From the NCBI GenBank assembly GCA_044336815.1, contig JBIIOU010000002.1, forward strand, positions 1-49,099: a stretch of DNA of 49,099 bases. The letters are read 5' to 3'. Under the pieces are notes generated by a model, which saw only the letters and a list, made by a program, of their open reading frames with translations, did not search any database and was not told the origin of the DNA. Below are positions 43,377 to 49,099 of this stretch, one piece after another; position 1 is the first letter of the stretch, and the number at the start of each line of letters is the position of its first letter. Source of the DNA: Candidatus Nanopelagicales bacterium. Its GTDB lineage: Bacteria > Actinomycetota > Actinomycetes > S36-B12. The position numbers and the translations under genes were made by a program.

Positions 43377-45566
43377 ATGAGAAAGAAATTAATCGTTGTC
43401 CCTGCCTTGGTGTCTTTCGCGCTCCTGATAGCTGCGCAGGCACCCGTTGCCGTTGCCGATGTGCGCATTAGCGCGACCACGGCGACCCCCTCCATCCCGC
43501 GGGCAACCATTACTCTGGCAACTACAGGCAAGGGCCCCTCAGCAGTGGTAGTTGACCCTTACGGGGGCGTGTATACGGCCGATACGCGGGCCAATACGGT
43601 CACCAAGATTACACCTGAAGGCGACGCCTTCATCCTAGGCACCACAGGTCATCTCCCGACTGCACTCGCACTGGATTCGACGGGCAACATCTACACGGCC
43701 AACAGCGGTGACAATACGGTCACCAAGATCACCCCCGGCGGCGTATCAAAGTTGTTCGGTGCGACCGGTAACCAGCCAATGGGGATCAAAGTTGACGCAT
43801 CAGGCAACGTCTACACCGCTAACTACCAAGACAGCACCGTCACGAAGATCAGTGCTGCGGGAGTCTCGTCTACCTTGGCCGCGACCGGCACGCACCCGCT
43901 CGGCCTCGCACTTGATCCCGCGGGCAACGTATACACCGCGAACGAAGGCTCCGACACGGTAACGAAGGTCACTCCCGATGGGACCCAATCGACGTTCGGC
44001 ACCACCGGGGGCTGGCCGCAGGCGATTGCGATTGATCTGGCCGGAAGTGTCTTCACGGCCAACTGGAACTCCGCCAACGTCTCCATGATCACCTCAGACG
44101 GCACCTCGAGCATCATCGGCAAGACAGGTCGGCGCCCGATCGGCATCACCATTGACCCGAACGGCAACCTCTACGTCACGAATGATGGTTCGGATTCGGT
44201 TTCCCAGCTGACACCGGGTGGGGAATCTCGAGTTATCGCGGTGGCTGGTCGCCGGCCCATCGGTATCACCTCTGATGCAGCGGGCAATCTCTTCGTTGCC
44301 AACTCCGTCTCGAACACTGTCTCGCAGATATTCCCGCGCCCGCCGATCCGACCTAATGTCTTGACTCTCTCGACCGTCACGGTGGCATCTGCGGGTAACC
44401 CGTCTGCGTGGATCATCCCGTTCTACAACGATGTCTACGAATCCAGTGCTTCCTGCCAGGCAGCGCTACCGGCGGTCCAGGCCGCTACGCAGGCCGACCC
44501 GGATCCGGGGGTTCAGGCGGTGGCGTCGACATCCTGTATGGAGGTCGGCAGCGTTCCTTACAACTTCGATATCGCTGAGACTGAACTCACGGTTGCCCAA
44601 TGGGTTGCCTTCTTGAACACGGTTGATCCGCTCGGCAGTAACCGCCACCACCTGTGGGATGCACCCGAGAGTTCGGCCGTGTGGCCCAAGTTCGGATCCA
44701 TCAACCGGAATCTGAAGGCTCCGCTCGGTCAGCGCTACTACGTGGCATCTACAGCGTGGGCGAATAAGCCCTACAACTCAGCGGACTTCTCTCGTGCCGC
44801 ACGATTTGCGAATGCGGCCCAGAACGGCACGGTGCTCTCGAAGAAGACTTCGCCGGTCACCACGGTCTCAGGTCAGCAACTGCAGGTGACCACCTACACG
44901 GTGCGCCTATCGTCTAAGACCGAAACTGGCATGTACACCATGAAGAATCGCAAGGCCACTCGTAACTCCAATACCGGCTTCATGATCTCTAGCCAAAACG
45001 AGTGGATAAAGGCCGCGTATTACGACCCCAATGGTGGTGGAAAGTTCTCCTACTGGGACTACCCCACCAACCCAGGCCTGTATGTCAACTGCCCGGTCGA
45101 CACGTCCGGCTGCTCGACCGGCGAGCAGCCCGTGGCCACCCAACTCGATGTCAATGGCAACGTGACCAACGCGGGAACCCAACCCTTGGCTTCTTTCGAG
45201 TCGCTGCCCGGCAGTTCCCCTGACTGGTGTCCGCAGCCGTTCACTGCCGCTCAGTGCTCACAGACACCGGTTCCGCTGTTCCCCGCGTATGGCGGGAACG
45301 TCAGTTCGGTGGGGCAAGCGCTCACTCGATCGCCATGGGGAACACTAGATCAGGGCGGCAACGTTGTGGAGATCACCGACACGATCGCCCCGCCGCCGGT
45401 GTTGAGTGATCCAAGCATCGTGTGGCGTCGCTGGCACGGTGGTGTCGTTACCGCGACGGCGTACCAGATGTGGCTATCCGCTGTTGGAGTTACGCCGCAG
45501 ACTATTCCCGGATACTCCATCAACCCTTTCCGCGGAATCCGGCTTGTCGTCCAGGGAACGAAGTAG
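43377..45566 (+). CDS. Secreted NHL-repeat beta-propeller protein fused to a C-terminal FGE/SUMF1-like domain
   Basis: Signal peptide MRKKLIVVPALVSFALLIAAQAPVAVA. There are about seven repeats of ~41 aa of the form G(N)vYTAN.g.nTVTKItP.G. The C-terminal part has FDIAETELTVAQWVAFLNTVDP…, GGNVVEITD, RRWHGG and FRGIRLVV, resembling FGE-sulfatase domains. Confidence 0.75.
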   Translation: MRKKLIVVPALVSFALLIAAQAPVAVADVRISATTATPSIPRATITLATTGKGPSAVVVDPYGGVYTADTRANTVTKITPEGDAFILGTTGHLPTALALDSTGNIYTANSGDNTVTKITPGGVSKLFGATGNQPMGIKVDASGNVYTANYQDSTVTKISAAGVSSTLAATGTHPLGLALDPAGNVYTANEGSDTVTKVTPDGTQSTFGTTGGWPQAIAIDLAGSVFTANWNSANVSMITSDGTSSIIGKTGRRPIGITIDPNGNLYVTNDGSDSVSQLTPGGESRVIAVAGRRPIGITSDAAGNLFVANSVSNTVSQIFPRPPIRPNVLTLSTVTVASAGNPSAWIIPFYNDVYESSASCQAALPAVQAATQADPDPGVQAVASTSCMEVGSVPYNFDIAETELTVAQWVAFLNTVDPLGSNRHHLWDAPESSAVWPKFGSINRNLKAPLGQRYYVASTAWANKPYNSADFSRAARFANAAQNGTVLSKKTSPVTTVSGQQLQVTTYTVRLSSKTETGMYTMKNRKATRNSNTGFMISSQNEWIKAAYYDPNGGGKFSYWDYPTNPGLYVNCPVDTSGCSTGEQPVATQLDVNGNVTNAGTQPLASFESLPGSSPDWCPQPFTAAQCSQTPVPLFPAYGGNVSSVGQALTRSPWGTLDQGGNVVEITDTIAPPPVLSDPSIVWRRWHGGVVTATAYQMWLSAVGVTPQTIPGYSINPFRGIRLVVQGTK

Positions 45567-45605
45567 TTCAACTAGATTTAGGGCTTGTTTACCGGTCAGG
45601 CGCTC

Positions 45606-45982
45606 GAGCTTTTGAGGTTGCTGAGCTCGGTGGTTGAGGTAGGGCAAAGAATGCAGAACTCGTTTCCTTCAGGATCAGCGAGCACAACTCAAAAAACTTC
45701 GCCTTGACCTATGTCACGACGCGATGCACCAAGGTTTATGAGGCGCTCGACCTCCGCCTTATGATCACGTGGCCGAAAATCCAGGTGAAGCCGATTCTTC
45801 GTGACACGATCCTCGGTCACGGGGAGGAAGAGAAGCGCAGGTGTGGCATCGGCTGCGGATCGAATCTCGACTTCTGTGTCGTCCTCATTAGTGACGATCA
45901 CGTCTAGCGCTCGGGCCCACCAGAGGCCAAGTTCCCGGTGGTCGTGCGCATCGATTACAACTTGCTCCCATGCCAGTGGCAT
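45606..45982 (-). pseudogene. VOC/glyoxalase-like family gene interrupted by an in-frame TGA at the position of a conserved Trp
   Basis: The upstream part is MPLAWEQVVIDAHDHRELGLWWARAL…HLDFRPRDHKAEVERLINLGASRRDIGQGEVF, then TGA (45691-45689). The same frame continues VVLADPEGNEFCIL… to TGA at 45608-45606. VLADPEGNEFC is the conserved family C-terminus. Confidence 0.6.
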
Positions 45983-46023
45983 GAAGCGAGTAGTACATTT
46001 CTGGCCTTAATGGTGGGATCCAG

Positions 46024-46100
46024 TGGTGGCCAGGGACGGGGTCGAACCGTCGACCTTCCGAGTTTCAGTCGGACGCTCGTACCAACTGAGCTACCTGGCC
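46024..46100 (-). tRNA. tRNA-Phe (anticodon GAA), CCA encoded
   Basis: The reverse complement GGCCAGGTAGCTCAGTTGGTACGAGCGTCCGACTGAAACTCGGAAGGTCGACGGTTCGACCCCGTCCCTGGCCACCA folds as a cloverleaf with anticodon loop CTGAAAC. Confidence 0.95.
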
Positions 46101-46160
46101 TGGTGCAACGAACTGGGCGAGCAGTTCGTTGCAAAGGCCCGGAGCGAACTCCGGGCCTAG

Positions 46161-46234
46161 CGACCCCGACCGGGCTCGAACCGGCGACCTTCGCCGTGAC
46201 AGGGCGACGCGCTAACCAACTGCGCTACGGGGCC
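46161..46234 (-). tRNA. tRNA-Asp (anticodon GTC), CCA not encoded
   Basis: The reverse complement is GGCCCCGTAGCGCAGTTGGTTAGCGCGTCGCCCTGTCACGGCGAAGGTCGCCGGTTCGAGCCCGGTCGGGGTCG, with anticodon loop CTGTCAC. Confidence 0.93.
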
Positions 46235-46247
46235 AACATTTCGTGCG

Positions 46248-46320
46248 TATCCCCAACGGGGTTCGAACCCGTGTTACCGCCGTGAAAGGGCGGTGTCCTA
46301 GGCCACTAGACGATGGGGAC
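46248..46320 (-). tRNA. tRNA-Glu (anticodon TTC), CCA not encoded
   Basis: The reverse complement is GTCCCCATCGTCTAGTGGCCTAGGACACCGCCCTTTCACGGCGGTAACACGGGTTCGAACCCCGTTGGGGATA, with anticodon loop CTTTCAC. It has a G1:U72 pair, as in other actinobacterial tRNA-Glu. Confidence 0.9.
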
Positions 46321-46455
46321 CTACGAGCATCTCCGTCGACCATTACGCCGTTGGCGACCGGCCAAGCATACGTGCTGGCCCCGGCGAGGTCCTAATGGGG
46401 AGCATTCGCTGGCTCCAGCCCACCTGGCGGAACGGGGTCAACCCATAATGGCGGG

Positions 46456-46806
46456 GTGATTGAGGTGTCTGCGGCTGACTTCGAAGGTTTGGTGGCACAG
46501 GCGTTGGACTTGATCCCCGCCGAGTTAGCGGCCGCTTTCGACAACGTGGTCGTCGTCGTGGAAGATGAACCACCAGCAGATGACCCGCAGTTATTGGGGC
46601 TCTACACGGGCATCCCACTGACCGAGCGTGATAGTTCATACGCTGGGGCGCTGCCCGATCAGATCACTATTTTTCGCCTCCCTACGCTGGAGATGTGTGA
46701 CAGCATCGAAGAAGTCATTGACGAAGTCCGAATCACCGTCGTCCATGAGATTGCGCACCACTTCGGTATTGATGACGAACGGTTGCATGAACTCGGTTAC
46801 GAATAG
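46456..46806 (+). CDS. Minimal metallopeptidase family protein (DUF1025-type, HExxH)
   Basis: 116 aa with …VVVVVEDEP…LLGLYTGIPLTER… and the zinc motif VVHEIAHHFGIDDERLHELG. GTG start. Confidence 0.85.
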   Translation: MIEVSAADFEGLVAQALDLIPAELAAAFDNVVVVVEDEPPADDPQLLGLYTGIPLTERDSSYAGALPDQITIFRLPTLEMCDSIEEVIDEVRITVVHEIAHHFGIDDERLHELGYE

Positions 46807-46835
46807 TGTTTGCGTAGTTAAAAAGGAGCAGCGAA

Positions 46836-47609
46836 ATGAAGTTGCAAGGATCCGTAGTTTTCGTTACCGGTGGGGCATCAGGCTTGGGCGAGGCGGTGGT
46901 GCGCCGCGCGATTGCCGATGGTGCCAAGGGGGTAACGATTGTCGACCTTGCTGAAGATAAGGCGAATGCTCTTGCCGCCGAACTCGGCGACCGGGTTTTG
47001 GTCGTAAAGACTGACATCAGTAAAGAAGATCAAGTTGCTGCCGCTGTTAGTGCAACGCTTGCAAAATTTGGGCGCCTCGATGTGACCGTCAGTTGTGCGG
47101 GTATTGCCATCGCCGAACGCACTTTGGATCGTGAGGGCCAGCCAGCCCCACTTCCGAATTACGCGAAGGTAATCGGTGTCAACCTAGTTGGGACATTTGA
47201 TGTAGTTCGTCAGACCACCTCGGCCATGGCAAAGAACGAACCAAATGAAGAAGGTGAGCGGGGAGTTGTCATCATGACGGCGTCAGTCGCTGCCTTTGAT
47301 GGTCAAGTGGGCCAAGCCGCCTACAGTGCTAGCAAGGGCGGGCTAGTTGGCATGACTTTGCCGCTTTCACGTGACCTAGCACCGGTCGGTATTCGCGTTA
47401 TGACGATCGCACCCGGGCTACTGGACACCCCTATTTATTCATTTGCGCCGCCATCGTTGAAAGAGCAGCTGTCCAAAACCCCGGTGTTCCCTAAGCGCTT
47501 GGGTCGCCCTGATGAATTTGCGAAGCTAGTTGCGGCGATCATCGACAATGCCTATCTAAATGGCGAAGTTATTCGACTTGATGCAGCAGTTCGCTTGCCA
47601 CCGAAATAG
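46836..47609 (+). CDS. SDR-family 3-hydroxyacyl-CoA dehydrogenase (HSD10/type II-like)
   Basis: It has TGGASGLG, the catalytic S…YSASK and MTIAPGLLDTP. RBS AAAGGAG lies upstream. Confidence 0.9.
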   Translation: MKLQGSVVFVTGGASGLGEAVVRRAIADGAKGVTIVDLAEDKANALAAELGDRVLVVKTDISKEDQVAAAVSATLAKFGRLDVTVSCAGIAIAERTLDREGQPAPLPNYAKVIGVNLVGTFDVVRQTTSAMAKNEPNEEGERGVVIMTASVAAFDGQVGQAAYSASKGGLVGMTLPLSRDLAPVGIRVMTIAPGLLDTPIYSFAPPSLKEQLSKTPVFPKRLGRPDEFAKLVAAIIDNAYLNGEVIRLDAAVRLPPK

Positions 47610-47622
47610 TGGGCGAGGTTGC

Positions 47623-47955
47623 TTACTGAGACTCGCGATTATCAAGCCAGTATTGGACTCGTTCCCTAGCTGAATTGTTTAGCACGTCTTGAGCGTGATA
47701 ATGCTCGTAAATTTCTTGAGCGTTATCGATGCTCTCAATCCCGCAAGCTTTAAGTAAAAAGGATATGTCGTCACTGTCGCGTATCCCGCGGTTGGCTCGG
47801 AGTTTCATGGCTAGCAACATTCGCACGGAACCGATGGAAACGGTGACGCGACCTTGACTCATAACTTCGACCCAGTCCTCGAGGCCGACGGGTGGAACAT
47901 AGGCGAGCGCTGCTTGGTTTATCCAGTCCGGCGGAAGTGAATACTTGATAGTCAT
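47623..47955 (-). CDS. C-terminal fragment-like ORF resembling DUF6036/AbiEii-type nucleotidyltransferase family proteins (possibly a remnant)
   Basis: MTIKYSLPPDWINQAALAYVPP…VRMLLAMKLRANRGIRDSDDISFLLKACGIESIDNAQEIYEHY resembles the C-terminal half of such proteins, from memory. The catalytic N-terminal half is absent. The N-terminal part of the ORF-track version (to 48114) overlaps the upstream HTH gene. Confidence 0.4.
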   Translation of the reverse strand: MTIKYSLPPDWINQAALAYVPPVGLEDWVEVMSQGRVTVSIGSVRMLLAMKLRANRGIRDSDDISFLLKACGIESIDNAQEIYEHYHAQDVLNNSARERVQYWLDNRESQ

Positions 47956-48034
47956 TTCTTCGACTGTCTGGTCAGCGACGCCGCCAACTCTTCGAGTAGT
48001 TCTCGAACCTGTGCGGATGACATTGTGGCCGGCA

Positions 48035-48619
48035 CTAGACGCTAACCAACACTGATCTGTCCAGATATATGCCATGCAGCACCAACGGCGCTGGTGTATT
48101 TCTTCGGGCATCACGGCGAAGTGAAGGCACCTCTTCTACATCCCATGGTTCAGTGAGTGTGTACTTGGATTCCTGCAACCATGTTGGAAGTGGAAGCGCA
48201 TCATCGGTGAGTGCGCAGTCAATTACGCCGGCAATCAACGCGTCAAACCTGACGTCACCGGTTGGCGCGGGTGGGTTAATCACTAGGGCCACCCTGGTGG
48301 CACCGTCAACGCGTCGAAGGTCGTCATTGAGTTGGATAATCTCTCGCCAAGCTGAGCGCTCATCCTTGGCGGCTAAGTGGACCCCTATGTCGGTCGCGAC
48401 CTCCCACGCGGCGCGCAATGTTGTGGGGAGAATTGTTAAGCGGCTGCCCAGGTGAGCGAGAATCCCATCGAGCCTTCCCACGGTGGCGTCCTCGGAGCCA
48501 GACTCAATCGCCGAAATACCAGGTTGATGTATTCGGCAGGACGCTGCTAGAGCCCGTTGAGTGATTCCCCGATAGGTGCGGGCTGAGCGAAGCAAAGCCG
48601 CTGCTGGCAAGGTGGCCAC
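48035..48619 (-). CDS. XRE-family helix-turn-helix protein with an uncharacterised C-terminal domain (antitoxin-like)
   Basis: The N-terminal HTH reads LRSARTYRGITQRALAASCRIHQPGISAIESGSEDATVGRL. The start is GTG 48619 or TTG 48610 (AGGAG abuts the GTG). An 18-bp near-palindrome lies just upstream. Confidence 0.7.
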   Translation of the reverse strand: MATLPAAALLRSARTYRGITQRALAASCRIHQPGISAIESGSEDATVGRLDGILAHLGSRLTILPTTLRAAWEVATDIGVHLAAKDERSAWREIIQLNDDLRRVDGATRVALVINPPAPTGDVRFDALIAGVIDCALTDDALPLPTWLQESKYTLTEPWDVEEVPSLRRDARRNTPAPLVLHGIYLDRSVLVSV

Positions 48620-48627
48620 CTCCTGTA

Positions 48628-48645
48628 GATATGGTATACCGTATC
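48628..48645. promoter_or_regulatory. 18-bp near-perfect palindrome GATAtGGTATACCgTATC immediately upstream of the HTH gene (candidate auto-operator)
   Basis: Read directly. 16 of 18 positions are self-complementary, and it lies 9 nt upstream of the GTG 48619. Confidence 0.4.
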
Positions 48646-48671
48646 ACAGTTTCCCACCCCCGACGTAGTGG

Positions 48672-49099
48672 TTAGGCCCCGGCGGCTGCCCTTATTAGTC
48701 GATCGATGACCGCAACTCCTACCCCGGTCGCTGCCGGTGGCACCGCGAGCACGGCCTCGAGTTTCAGGGCATCAGCTTCACGAAGTGCGGCATACAGCGC
48801 ACGGGCGTACTCCTCGGTATTTCGGGGTACCGCGAGGCGCACGAGCCCACTAGGGGTAGAGACCTCGGCAAGGGCGAGTAGTCCGATGACTCCTTGGGCC
48901 GCGCCCTCGATTTCGAAGGCGATGTCAGCTTCGGCAATTAGTTGCACGGTGGCATTGGGTGAATAGTGCGATTTAAGGGTGCCCGAGGCGCGAACGGTTG
49001 AATCGTGCGTGACCTTAAGGCCGGTAGCCGATTCCACGTCTTCGATCGTTATGGCACCGGGGCGGAGCATCTTCGGATTAGGGCCGGTGCAATCGATGA
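48672..49099 (-). CDS. L-threonylcarbamoyladenylate synthase (Sua5/TsaC family), C-terminal part (5' end beyond the window)
   Basis: The frame is open to the window edge. …IDCTGPNPKMLRPGAITIEDVE…LKSHYSPNA… followed by a Sua5 C-terminal domain. Confidence 0.85.
   Translation of the reverse strand, partial: IDCTGPNPKMLRPGAITIEDVESATGLKVTHDSTVRASGTLKSHYSPNATVQLIAEADIAFEIEGAAQGVIGLLALAEVSTPSGLVRLAVPRNTEEYARALYAALREADALKLEAVLAVPPAATGVGVAVIDRLIRAAAGA

Larger units (their letters stand above)
41719..46068. mobile_element. tRNA-Phe-associated genomic islet (about 4.3 kb) bounded by 44-bp direct repeats, with no integrase detected (probably decayed)
   Basis: The intact tRNA lies at one end and its 3'-half copy at the other, on the 3' side of the tRNA. 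This is the classic product of tyrosine-integrase insertion at the anticodon loop. The interior holds an AT-richer non-coding remnant, a ClC-like gene, an NHL/FGE gene and a VOC pseudogene. Confidence 0.6.

Noticed and set aside
45689-45691. The in-frame TGA in the VOC gene as selenocysteine or Trp recoding
   Set aside because: I see no SECIS-like hairpin immediately downstream, the VOC family is not a selenoprotein family, and TGA=Trp recoding is not known in Actinomycetota. All other genes in the window use TGA as a stop. A nonsense mutation or sequencing error is more likely.
45938-46285. 115-aa plus-strand ORF crossing the tRNA cluster
   Set aside because: It is a translation of the complement of tRNA-Phe, tRNA-Asp and tRNA-Glu and their spacers. 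The tRNA cloverleaves explain the sequence.

Overview
This window looks like chromosomal DNA from a moderately high-GC Actinomycetota genome. The lineage markers are bldC, DUF3073, a sterol-carrier-family gene between purL and purF, and tRNA-Glu with a G1:U72 pair.

Layout:
(1) nt 1-18928: one co-directional, mostly translationally coupled flagellar operon. Gene order is fliG(partial)-fliH-fliI-fliJ-fliK-flgD-flgE | flbD-motA-motB-fliL-fliM-fliN-fliO-fliP-fliQ-fliR-flhB-flhA. It ends with an FlhF-like gene whose GTPase motifs are all substituted, plus a small coupled 2-TM ORF.
(2) 19014-25254: purS-purQ-purL-(SCP-like)-purF-purM. DUF3073 follows on the minus strand, then bldC.
(3) 26095-36203: a respiratory nitrate reductase locus. 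An HTH regulator and narG-narH-narJ-narI lie on the minus strand, and narK1-narK2 diverge from them across a 77-bp AT-rich spacer.
(4) 36304-39970: a coupled trio of a 56-aa membrane ORF (below the ORF-track cutoff), an FRDP-type methyltransferase-like protein and an LtaS-like membrane sulfatase/transferase. ppgK and a DUF1566-like lipoprotein follow.
(5) 41719-46100: an integrase-less islet of about 4.3 kb, bounded by a 44-bp direct repeat identical to the 3' half of tRNA-Phe. It carries a ClC-like channel, a secreted NHL-propeller/FGE-domain fusion and a VOC gene with an in-frame TGA.
(6) A tRNA Glu-Asp-Phe cluster, a minimal metallopeptidase, an SDR dehydrogenase, an HTH gene with a truncated nucleotidyltransferase-like gene, and partial Sua5/TsaC.

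No CRISPR array, rRNA, transposase or intact integrase was seen. All product calls come from reading motifs by eye and from gene order. No database search was run.
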